32,198 nt of DNA from Bacteriovoracaceae bacterium (GTDB lineage Bacteria; Bdellovibrionota; Bacteriovoracia; Bacteriovoracales; Bacteriovoracaceae): contig JABIHA010000062.1 of assembly GCA_018649885.1 (NCBI GenBank), forward strand, positions 62,001 to 94,198, given 5' to 3'. Shown here one piece after another: positions 10,268 through 18,602 of the stretch. The notes below the pieces were generated by a model. That model did not search any database, had not been told where the DNA came from, and saw only the letters and a program-made list of their open reading frames with translations. Numbering within the stretch: the first letter of the stretch is position 1; each line of letters begins with the position of its first letter. A program made the position numbers and the translations under genes.

Positions 10268-11937
10268 TTTGGCAAATTGTCTCTTATTCTTGCTCTCTGA
10301 CAAGAGTATTTGTGTTTTTTCCAATATTTTGATTTCCAATTTCTAAGTAACACTTGATATTTGTTAAAGTAGATGCAGGACTCTTTGTACTTTCTAATAA
10401 AGCCGTATGCATGTGCAATACCTGCCAGGGTAGGGAGATGATTTGGCATAGACTCAAGGTTTTTGTGGTATTTCTGAATGGCCGTTCTAAGGTCTTTTTT
10501 CTGTAGAGACATATCAGCACTGTGACCACATACTTTCCAATTGGATGGAAATATTCGACATGCGACTTCAAGCTTTTTGGGATCTTTAAAATGCTTCAAA
10601 AACATATGATAAGACCTATAAAATTGTGTGGAATAAAATGAAATCCCTACGATTACAAGTAGCATAGGGATTGCTCCATACTTGGCAGCGATCACCACAG
10701 GCTTGTCTTTTTCAATGTAATAGTGAAGTGCAATACCTAGCAATATACAAAAGATGAAAAATGGAAAGGCCCTTTCCATAGGAAAGTGGAAAAGAGCTTC
10801 TATGGAAAAATACCAAGTAATTGGCCACAGAAATTTTAAGAGTTGATCGTCTTTTAGAGAAGATAAATTTTCAAAGGTTTTTCTACTAAAAAACATGAGT
10901 GAGAAAAGAAATAAAAGCCCTGCCGGGAAACCATATTCTGCAATAATTTCCAGATATCCATTGTGTGGATTATTGGCGTACCACATTTGAGTTTCACTGA
11001 AATTATGAATCAATTTTGCCTGATAGGGAGGAAATGAATCTGCAAAACGTGAGGGACCAACTCCAACTACGGGGTGATCTTTGATTAGGAGAAGACTGGA
11101 ATATAGAAGGTTCACTCTGTCATAAAATGATCTAAGATAGTTTAAGTCTGTTTTAATTAACTCAACCTTATCAAAGCTTTGGGTCTGAGAATTGTAGATT
11201 TTTGATAAGTTAAATCCTATTCCAAGAGCACCTACAATCAAAAAAGCGACTAGAACTCTTGCTCCGATCTTTCTGGCGATATCAAATGGTTTGTAGCGAA
11301 GTAATAGAAATGCCATGGCATAGAAGGTGAGAGCAAATATAGATGCTTTTCCTCTAGTGGAGAGAAGATAAATAGCCTCAGATCCTATGAGAATGTAAGA
11401 GAGGTATTTGAATCTGGCATGTTTAATGGTGCCTATTTGAAAAGCGATTAAGAACCCGAGACTTTGTGAAGTTAGCTTTGGATTTCCTGTAAAAGACTCT
11501 CTTCCAGGAAGCTTATAGAGAATCTTCATGAAATCTACCCCGTAAAGGAAGAAGATTCTTTGAAATAATATGATGGCAGCAGATAGTGAGGCTGAGTTGT
11601 GAATATATTTAAGTATTTTTGGATCTTTTTTATCAAAGAATTTGTATCCAAATAGCGCTATGATCAATCCACAGCTGATATCGAGTAGAACTTTTTCATA
11701 AAATCCTGTGTGATTAATCAGCATGCTAAGGGCCGATAGACCTGCAAATGAAGAAAGTACAATAGCTTCCTTCTTACCTATCTTGGGAAGATTGATGCCC
11801 TTAAATAGCAAAATTAGGCCATAGATTAGTGCGAAACCATAGAGCAGTGCCCACTTTGTAGTGAAAAAAGGATTTGCAAATAATTTGGAGTGCGCCAAGG
11901 GAAGAAGTAAAAAGGGAAGGGCAATCAGTTTATTCAA
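10264..11937 (-). CDS. O-antigen ligase (Wzy_C) family polytopic membrane protein with C-terminal TPR-like region
   Basis: About 12 hydrophobic segments, FTGNP, R...HPVVGVG...F, PHNGYLEIIAEYG, HFPM, helical TPR-like tail. TTG start is uncertain. Confidence 0.8.
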   Translation of the reverse strand: MNKLIALPFLLLPLAHSKLFANPFFTTKWALLYGFALIYGLILLFKGINLPKIGKKEAIVLSSFAGLSALSMLINHTGFYEKVLLDISCGLIIALFGYKFFDKKDPKILKYIHNSASLSAAIILFQRIFFLYGVDFMKILYKLPGRESFTGNPKLTSQSLGFLIAFQIGTIKHARFKYLSYILIGSEAIYLLSTRGKASIFALTFYAMAFLLLRYKPFDIARKIGARVLVAFLIVGALGIGFNLSKIYNSQTQSFDKVELIKTDLNYLRSFYDRVNLLYSSLLLIKDHPVVGVGPSRFADSFPPYQAKLIHNFSETQMWYANNPHNGYLEIIAEYGFPAGLLFLFSLMFFSRKTFENLSSLKDDQLLKFLWPITWYFSIEALFHFPMERAFPFFIFCILLGIALHYYIEKDKPVVIAAKYGAIPMLLVIVGISFYSTQFYRSYHMFLKHFKDPKKLEVACRIFPSNWKVCGHSADMSLQKKDLRTAIQKYHKNLESMPNHLPTLAGIAHAYGFIRKYKESCIYFNKYQVLLRNWKSKYWKKHKYSCQRARIRDNLPN

Positions 11938-12021
11938 AAACTAGCTTCTTTTTATATTGTTTATAGACTAATTTGAATTTTAAGGCCCAGGCGACATAAA
12001 AAGAAGGAAAATCAGCAAGCT

Positions 12022-12465
12022 TTAAATTATATTTATTTTTCTATCTCTAGCGAGCTTGTTGATAATTTGCATGACTTTGTTCTGAGCTCTTTTACAGTCG
12101 CGTGACTCATTATTTATAGGTGTGAGCATGGTAGTGTAGGCATTCTCAGCATATGATCTTGCAGGAATCGAAAGAATTCTTCTTTGGAGCCCAGGATCCA
12201 TTCCTTTTAAGGCCACTCCAAGTATTGTGGGTGATACATATCTTAGGAGTTGCTTGATATCATCATCAGATATGCGAGCAATACATTCGAAGTTGATGCT
12301 TTCTTCAGATAGCTCCATTGCAAGTGTGGGATTTCTAAGTCTTATGGATTTTAATAATTTGGCTTTTTCAGCATCAGGTAAGAATTTTAAAAGCTCAACA
12401 ACTTGTGCCCTGCCATTAATATAATAACCTTCTTTTTTTTGCTCTGTCTTGATTTCGCTTTCCAT
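12022..12465 (-). CDS. Stand-alone FliG C-terminal domain protein
   Basis: NG...VVELL, NPTLAMEL...INFECI..ISDDDIKQLLR.V....LGVALKG, AQNKVMQII resemble FliG_C; FliG N and M domains are absent. RBS GGAG. Confidence 0.7.
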   Translation of the reverse strand: MESEIKTEQKKEGYYINGRAQVVELLKFLPDAEKAKLLKSIRLRNPTLAMELSEESINFECIARISDDDIKQLLRYVSPTILGVALKGMDPGLQRRILSIPARSYAENAYTTMLTPINNESRDCKRAQNKVMQIINKLARDRKINII

Positions 12466-12474
12466 GAATTACTC

Positions 12475-12897
12475 CTAAGATGTTTCGTACTTGGCCTTCT
12501 CTTCTAGGAATTTTTTACGGGCATTTTCCATAAAATTTCGATGTGATTTTTCAACCGTTTCGGCTTCTGCGGCGTGAGAGTTAGTCACTTCACCCCTTTG
12601 TTCATCGTGTGCTTTTCTTAGATCCCTAATTTCAGCCTCAAACCTTGAATTTTCCTTTCTCTTCATTTCAGCATATTTGGCCCTAATGAAGTTGAGTTCT
12701 CTTTCAAGCTGAATTTTTTCTTTTGATTCTTCAGTTTTAAATGTTTTTTCTAGCTTTTCGATAGAAACATCGTGATTTTCAACGATTTCTTGCCGCTGTT
12801 TTTGATTTTCTTCACGAATCTTTTTCATTTCAAATCTGTGTCGTGCCGTTTCAGCTTCTTTAAACCTTGCACGTTTTATTGTAGAAATATCAGCCAT
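12475..12897 (-). CDS. Hypothetical highly charged coiled-coil protein
   Basis: 140-aa E/K/R-rich ORF with RBS AGGA, 9 nt upstream of the FliG_C gene. Confidence 0.7.
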   Translation of the reverse strand: MADISTIKRARFKEAETARHRFEMKKIREENQKQRQEIVENHDVSIEKLEKTFKTEESKEKIQLERELNFIRAKYAEMKRKENSRFEAEIRDLRKAHDEQRGEVTNSHAAEAETVEKSHRNFMENARKKFLEEKAKYETS

Positions 12898-12990
12898 GTA
12901 ATATCCTATCTATATTCTATAAAGGTGATGCCACCTAAGGCATTGTTATATATCATACCTATTGAATAGGGTTAGCCACAAGGAGGCAAA

Positions 12991-14157
12991 ATGGGCCAGA
13001 GAGTATTTGTTATTGGGGGTAAGAGAACTCCTTTTGGAAAATTTGGTGGTTCATTGAAGGGGACCCTTCCTGTAGACCTAGCTGTAAACTGTACTAAACA
13101 GGCGATGGAAGAGGCGAGTATTAATCCCGAGGAAGTTGATCAGGTAATACTGGGCAATGTGATTCCTTCAAGCACCGACACTCTTTATGGTGGCCGACAT
13201 TTGGCCTTAAAAATTGGCTGCAAACAAAGCACTCCAGGTATCACCATTAACAGACTATGTGGGTCGGGAATTGAAGCGATCGTTTCCGCTGGAAGATTGA
13301 TCCAATTAGGCGAGGCTGAGCTTGTTGTTGCTAGTGGAACCGAAAATATGTCTATGACACCACACCTTACATACGGTGGGCGTTTTGGAACAAAGTATGG
13401 CGCCCTCAAGACGGAAGATTTACTTCTTGATGCTTTAACAGATAAATATGCTGGATCTCCCATGGGGATAACAGCTGAAAACCTGGCCGAAAAGTATGGA
13501 ATTACGAGAGAGGAATGTGATCAGTTTTCACTGGAGTCCCACAAAAAGGCAGCTGCGGCACTAGAGAATGGACATTTTAAGCATGAAATAGCTCCCATTG
13601 AATTAAAGCGAGGAGTGCTCGATCGTGATGAGCATGTAAGAGCTGAAGTTTCTATTGAAGAGATGAGAAAACTCAGAGCAAGTTTTAAAAAAGATGGCAC
13701 TGTTACTCCCGCTACGGCTTCGGGGATTGTAGATGGGGCTTCCACAGTTATTGTCGCTTCGGAAAGCTATGTAAATTCAAAGGGAATCAAACCCCTCGCA
13801 GAAGTCATTGGGCACTCAGTGATTGGAGTTGATCCAAATATAATGGGAATTGGCCCAGTTGATTCCATAAGACTTTTACTCGACAAGACTGGTATGAGTC
13901 TTGATCAAATTGATTTAGTGGAAATCAATGAAGCTTTTGCGGCTCAAGCACTTGCTTGCGTAAAAGAGTTAGGTCTTGATCAGACCAAGTTGAATATCTG
14001 GGGTGGTGCTACTGCAATTGGGCATCCACTGGCCGCAACAGGGACAAGAATTACTCTAAGCCTTGCGCATCAATTGAGAGAAACTGGAAAGACTTATGGT
14101 ATTGCCTCTGCTTGCATTGGTGGCGGTCAAGGTATTGCCATACTTTTAAAGGTCTAA
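12991..14157 (+). CDS. Acetyl-CoA C-acyltransferase (thiolase)
   Basis: RTPFGKFGG, NRLCGSG (catalytic Cys), MGITAENLA, EINEAFA, GGATAIGHPLAATG, CIGGGQG; RBS AGGAGG. Confidence 0.97.
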   Translation: MGQRVFVIGGKRTPFGKFGGSLKGTLPVDLAVNCTKQAMEEASINPEEVDQVILGNVIPSSTDTLYGGRHLALKIGCKQSTPGITINRLCGSGIEAIVSAGRLIQLGEAELVVASGTENMSMTPHLTYGGRFGTKYGALKTEDLLLDALTDKYAGSPMGITAENLAEKYGITREECDQFSLESHKKAAAALENGHFKHEIAPIELKRGVLDRDEHVRAEVSIEEMRKLRASFKKDGTVTPATASGIVDGASTVIVASESYVNSKGIKPLAEVIGHSVIGVDPNIMGIGPVDSIRLLLDKTGMSLDQIDLVEINEAFAAQALACVKELGLDQTKLNIWGGATAIGHPLAATGTRITLSLAHQLRETGKTYGIASACIGGGQGIAILLKV

Positions 14158-14158
14158 A

Positions 14159-15457
14159 ATGGAAGGAATTGACTTTTCCAAAGAAGATATCAAAGACTTC
14201 AAGAACTGGTTGAATCTAAACTGGGAGGGAGTTACTTGGTATGGAAAATTTGAAGGAGAGTTCAATACTTTTTGGGATGCAACTTTTGCTGCTGATATCA
14301 AGTTAAATGAAATAGTTCGAAGAATTGATTATATAAAATCTCTTATAAAATCGGGGCCACTGACAGCTTGGTTTGATTGGTTGAAGCACAAATGTGTTTG
14401 CTACACCTTTATTTTTAAATCTATTTCGATTTTAGATTTATCTAGGTTTTCGGGAATCGATGAAGATGAAATTGGGCTTCTTTTAAGAGATGCTTTTGTC
14501 GATATTTTGCCTCAACACGAAGATTATCTTAACGAGAAATTTCATATTGGGACAATAATATCAGAAAATATTTATCTCAATATGGATGAAATTAAAGAGG
14601 ATCTAAATTTAGGGGACTATTTTAGAGGAAGTTCATCTGATGAAATAATGGTTTCCCTCGAGGTAACTCTCTATGAAGAGTGGAATAAAATTATTCGTCA
14701 TATAGAAAATGAATTCAGAGAAGATTCTCCCGATTTAAAGAAATATAAAAGAAAGCTCAATGCCAGAAAACAGTTTCGAGTTGTTCAAGACTTTGTCATT
14801 TTGTCGATTATTGGAGTCCTACTAATTTCAGGTGTAAAATTCATCAATAAATATTATGAAAAACACCTTTCAGATAAAATTAGTATTTTTGAACCCGATT
14901 TTTTATGGCTTGATAAAACTTTAACCTTCAAAGAAAGGACAGAGTTGGCATCTGAATCCACCGAAGATATTAAAAAACTTGAAGATATCGAAAATGCGGA
15001 AAGTTTAGGATTTGGGGATGCACCTATAGAAGAAGAACGTTACGAGACTGAATCAGAAGTTTCGGTAACTTCATGGGATGAACTACCAAGAGATTTAGAG
15101 GCTTCTGGTTTTGAGCAATCAGAATACGAGGAAGTAAAAAAAGGCGGCATTAGAGATTCTAGCTATGGAAACAGAAAAGTTTACAGAGTCATGGTTAAGT
15201 CAATTGATCCAGATGCTGCTACGGTTAAGTTGAAAAACTTACTTGAAGAATATCATGTAGGGCAAGTAGACAATGTTAAGCCAGGTACAAATGTTCCCGG
15301 CGGAGTTTATTACAATTTATATGTGCCTATTGAAAATATGCGAGAATTTTTAGCTGAAGTAGAATATGTAGATGATTCCATGGTGTTTGAGAGTCGAACC
15401 AGATGGAGGAACCCTCCAGGGAAAAACCGTGTATTTATTTGGCTAAAGAAAATCTAA
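14159..15457 (+). CDS. Hypothetical bitopic membrane protein
   Basis: 432-aa ORF starting 1 nt after the thiolase stop, with one central TM (FVILSIIGVLLISGV) and an acidic C-terminal half. Confidence 0.75.
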   Translation: MEGIDFSKEDIKDFKNWLNLNWEGVTWYGKFEGEFNTFWDATFAADIKLNEIVRRIDYIKSLIKSGPLTAWFDWLKHKCVCYTFIFKSISILDLSRFSGIDEDEIGLLLRDAFVDILPQHEDYLNEKFHIGTIISENIYLNMDEIKEDLNLGDYFRGSSSDEIMVSLEVTLYEEWNKIIRHIENEFREDSPDLKKYKRKLNARKQFRVVQDFVILSIIGVLLISGVKFINKYYEKHLSDKISIFEPDFLWLDKTLTFKERTELASESTEDIKKLEDIENAESLGFGDAPIEEERYETESEVSVTSWDELPRDLEASGFEQSEYEEVKKGGIRDSSYGNRKVYRVMVKSIDPDAATVKLKNLLEEYHVGQVDNVKPGTNVPGGVYYNLYVPIENMREFLAEVEYVDDSMVFESRTRWRNPPGKNRVFIWLKKI

Positions 15458-15483
15458 ATTGGTCTTTGTGGGAGAAAACAGTA

Positions 15484-15900
15484 GTGTCAATTAAAGGAAT
15501 AAATCACATTACACTCAGTACTAACAATATTGAGAAGTCATTCAACTTTTATAAAGACGTACTTGGCTTCAAGCCACTTGTTCGGTGGGATCGCGGAGCC
15601 TATTTCACCACCGGCGAGACCTGGTTTTGCCTTTCACTTAATAAAATTCCACGAGACATGGACCACGAGGACTATCGACATATTGCTTTTAGCGTTGATC
15701 AAGACCAATTTGAAAACATGAAAAAAATCCTACAAGCAGAGGGCGTCGAAGAGTGGTCACTAAATACGAGTGAGGGGGACTCATTCTACTTCCTAGATCC
15801 TGACGGTCACCACTTAGAAATTCATGTCGGCACATGGGAGTCCCGTCTCAAAAAACTAAAAGAAATATCTTGGGAAGGAAATATAGAATTCTTCGAATAA
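15484..15900 (+). CDS. FosA-like VOC-family metallo-glutathione transferase
   Basis: GINHITL, FYKDVLGF...RWDRGAY...WFCLS, DYRHIAF, NTSEGDSFYFLDPDGHHLEIHVG...SRL closely follow FosA. In-frame GTG at 15484 after GGAG (15471-15474) is more plausible than ATG 15403. Confidence 0.8.
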   Translation: MSIKGINHITLSTNNIEKSFNFYKDVLGFKPLVRWDRGAYFTTGETWFCLSLNKIPRDMDHEDYRHIAFSVDQDQFENMKKILQAEGVEEWSLNTSEGDSFYFLDPDGHHLEIHVGTWESRLKKLKEISWEGNIEFFE

Positions 15901-15921
15901 AAAAACTACCTGTACTTAGCC

Positions 15922-15943
15922 CTGGACCTAGGTTTAGGTCTAG
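15922..15943. terminator. Hairpin between convergent genes, possible terminator
   Basis: CTGGACCTA-GGTT-TAGGTCTAG, a 9-bp stem with one G-U pair; the U-tract is weak. Confidence 0.35.
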
Positions 15944-15983
15944 CCTATTTTAATGATTTTAGATTTAAGTCAATTTTTGAAAT

Positions 15984-17795
15984 CTACAAACAATCATCCG
16001 CACCAGTAGCACTTGTCCCAGACGACTTAGCCCCAAGGATAATTAATTCAAGGGCACTGGTATTAAAACATAAATTATCTTTTTCATCATCAGAGTTAAA
16101 AACTTCAGATTTCCCTAAATCACCAAGTGCATCATTATCTGTTTTACCATATTGATCATCGCCAGTTCCTTCATCTTTTGTATCCATAAACGCTGAATCT
16201 TCAACTTCTCGTAAAAGACTTTGGTTTGTTCTACTTTCTTTTCCCGTTTTCGGATCCTTAACAGCAATAAAGGAAGTAACCACATTATTAAAATGTATTA
16301 GCTGGGTATATTGCTCTTCTTGATTATCAAAGTTCTCTTTCACCTCTTCTGCAGCCGTACTGCCCTCTATGATGTCAGCATTTATTTCAGTGGTTTCAAT
16401 TGTATTGGAGACCATTTTTGCCTTGGTTCTGGCAAGAATCGACTCTCTTTTGAGTTTGAGTAGATTTTTTAACTCATTGGCCATATTTAATTCGGGATCA
16501 GCTCCTGTAAGTAGTGACTCAATTTTATCATCAGAATATCCTTTCTCTTTTAATTTTTCTTTTAACACTTCTTTTTTTAAATTTTGTGGATCATTGTATT
16601 CACTTTCAGCAATCAAGCTTTCCACTAAGAACTCTTGGCTTCTCTTATTGTAATCTTTCCAGTCTTCCTCTCCGTAGGTAACTTTGTCACAACCTTCTGT
16701 GCCAGGGTTTTTACATTCCTCATTTTCAAAAGGTTTTTTTTGAGAATCAAATTCATCATGAAGACCTGCTTCATTTACTAGTTCATCAGAGGTTATGCTA
16801 GTCAATTCATCGATAGATTTGCCAGAGTTACCATCACCATTGTAAACCTCTACTTTTTCGGAGTTTACAGCAAGGCCTTTGTGACCAAGCTTTTCATCAT
16901 AGATTTTTTTGACATCGGCTAGTTCTTTCATTTTTGTTCGAACAATATCCAGGTAATTTGTCACCTCACATGCTCTTGTTCTTGTATACTTTACACCTGG
17001 GTCTGTTTCCTCCCCTATGCTCGTAAGATTTTCACATTCTCTTTTACTTGAGCCATTTTCTTTTATTTCTTTTGCTTTTTGCTCTTCACAGATTGATGGA
17101 TCACATATTCCACTGATAGAAGTCATGCAACCACCATATTTAGGGTCATCAGGATTAAATTTTTGTAGATCATTTACATTTCTGTCTCTCATACTCTTTC
17201 TTGCACTGGCTTCTTTCGAAATGTGGTACTTAGTTAAAGTAGTGCCATTTAAATCAGCCTCCAGGCAGTATGATGTAATGGCCAAAATAGCATTTTTAGT
17301 AAGCTGAGAATTATAAAGGGTTACAAAATCAGCTTGGCTTACAATTTTCTTTGTACTGTCACTTGCTCCCTTAAAAAGAGTTTCTTCCATCCTCTTGGAC
17401 AGGTAATCCGTCAATTTTTTGGAAGCCTCAGATTTTTCAAATGTAAGAGATGTTTCTTTTTTCTCACCCAAGTAATCTTTAATCTGTTTGATTTGATCTG
17501 CGTTTAAAGGTGTTATATCTTTAAATTTACTGGAGGCTGGATTGCCTTCACCCCTAAACATTGCCTCAATACAGCCATTTATGTCTTTAGGTGTTTTAAA
17601 ATCTTCATTATCGTAGCATGTACCTTTTATGAGTGGATGATCTATAGCATATACATCTTCACTATCAGCAGTATCTTCAGCAGAGACACTGGCCCCAACT
17701 TCACCGATCACCTTATCCGAGTCATTGCCCTCATCTTCTTCAGCAAAAGAAGCAAAGCAAATCATAAGAATCAAAATCGCAGTAATTATTTTCAT
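15984..17795 (-). CDS. Secreted acidic Cys-rich hypothetical protein
   Basis: MKIITAILILMICFASFA is a Sec signal peptide (start at 17795 or 17807); many Cys; D/E-rich. Confidence 0.8.
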   Translation of the reverse strand: MKIITAILILMICFASFAEEDEGNDSDKVIGEVGASVSAEDTADSEDVYAIDHPLIKGTCYDNEDFKTPKDINGCIEAMFRGEGNPASSKFKDITPLNADQIKQIKDYLGEKKETSLTFEKSEASKKLTDYLSKRMEETLFKGASDSTKKIVSQADFVTLYNSQLTKNAILAITSYCLEADLNGTTLTKYHISKEASARKSMRDRNVNDLQKFNPDDPKYGGCMTSISGICDPSICEEQKAKEIKENGSSKRECENLTSIGEETDPGVKYTRTRACEVTNYLDIVRTKMKELADVKKIYDEKLGHKGLAVNSEKVEVYNGDGNSGKSIDELTSITSDELVNEAGLHDEFDSQKKPFENEECKNPGTEGCDKVTYGEEDWKDYNKRSQEFLVESLIAESEYNDPQNLKKEVLKEKLKEKGYSDDKIESLLTGADPELNMANELKNLLKLKRESILARTKAKMVSNTIETTEINADIIEGSTAAEEVKENFDNQEEQYTQLIHFNNVVTSFIAVKDPKTGKESRTNQSLLREVEDSAFMDTKDEGTGDDQYGKTDNDALGDLGKSEVFNSDDEKDNLCFNTSALELIILGAKSSGTSATGADDCL

Positions 17796-17816
17796 AGTCT
17801 TATACATACTAACGCT

Positions 17817-17843
17817 ATTTCGGCGTAACAGTGTAAAAATTGA
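17817..17843 (-). promoter_or_regulatory. Putative sigma28 (FliA) promoter
   Basis: Minus strand reads TCAA-N15-GCCGAAAT versus the consensus TAAA-N15-GCCGATAA, immediately upstream of the secreted protein start. Confidence 0.6.
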
Positions 17844-17923
17844 TAAAATTGGGGAAAACCAGCAAAATTACTAGGGCTTCAAAGAATCAAATAAATTTTA
17901 TTTTGGCAGGTATTGTTTGCTCT

Positions 17924-18472
17924 TTACATTGAATTGTCTGGAATTTCAAAAAGGGCCTTGAGCTCCCTTAGAAGTTTATGAGTTCTACCGAGGTGAATCC
18001 ACTGTCTGTAAAAACCAATTGTCATGGCAAGAACGAATCCGTAAACCACACCAACATGGATTTTTTTGGCAACCATTCCTGTGTCGTGAGCACCTCCAAG
18101 AAAAAAGGCAATCATTCCAAGAGTCAGCATCATCATAGTCCAAGGGATAGTTTTTCTTTTGGATAAAGTAGAGGACTGAACATATCTTTCAACTTTCTTT
18201 TTGTAGGGATCTAAGTCAGCGGGAGGATTGTCAAAAAGCTCATCCATATCTCCAGCTCCACTTAGTGTTGAGTGGATATTATCCACAAGCCTAGAAGTGC
18301 CAATAAAATAAAACATGATAAAGGCCTGGCAAAATATCACATATAAAAATGAAGGAATGGCGATTTGAATGTGACCAAAGGAAAATGGAGAGTGGCCCAT
18401 GGCCGTAAGGGTTGTTAGTAGTATTGCGAAAACCATTAAAATATCCAAAAATCTCAGTAAGTAAGCCATCAT
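17924..18472 (-). CDS. Hypothetical four-TM membrane protein with His residues near the helices
   Basis: Four hydrophobic segments, FYFIGT motif, His in MGH/FGH and GAHD/KIHV; RBS GAGGA; divergent from the respiratory locus. Confidence 0.75.
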   Translation of the reverse strand: MMAYLLRFLDILMVFAILLTTLTAMGHSPFSFGHIQIAIPSFLYVIFCQAFIMFYFIGTSRLVDNIHSTLSGAGDMDELFDNPPADLDPYKKKVERYVQSSTLSKRKTIPWTMMMLTLGMIAFFLGGAHDTGMVAKKIHVGVVYGFVLAMTIGFYRQWIHLGRTHKLLRELKALFEIPDNSM

Positions 18473-18530
18473 TTTCCTCTTGTTGAGATTCTTTCTACTT
18501 AAAAAAGAGTAATTTCGGCAAGGTTGTATA

Positions 18531-18551
18531 TGTCATGACAACTTCTTGTCA
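18531..18551. promoter_or_regulatory. Overlapping palindromes, candidate operator
   Basis: TGTCATGACA (18531-18540) and TGACAA-CTTC-TTGTCA (18536-18551) in the divergent intergenic region. Confidence 0.45.
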
Positions 18552-18602
18552 GATTATTTTGGCCCATGCTAAAGCTAGTTTGATCGAAATTATCGCAAAT
18601 TA

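Noticed and set aside
1023..13745. Short alternative-frame ORFs overlapping glmU, glmS, pcrA, the AsmA-like gene, ppx, the Wzy_C gene and the thiolase
   Set aside because: They are antisense or out-of-frame shadows of well-supported genes, with no motifs.
15403..15483. N-terminal extension of the FosA-like ORF
   Set aside because: It overlaps the upstream CDS; homology and the RBS point to GTG at 15484.
15900..15983. attC site suggesting the fosA-like gene is an integron cassette
   Set aside because: Only a short hairpin is present, without convincing RYYYAAC/GTTRRRY ends, and there is no integrase in the window.
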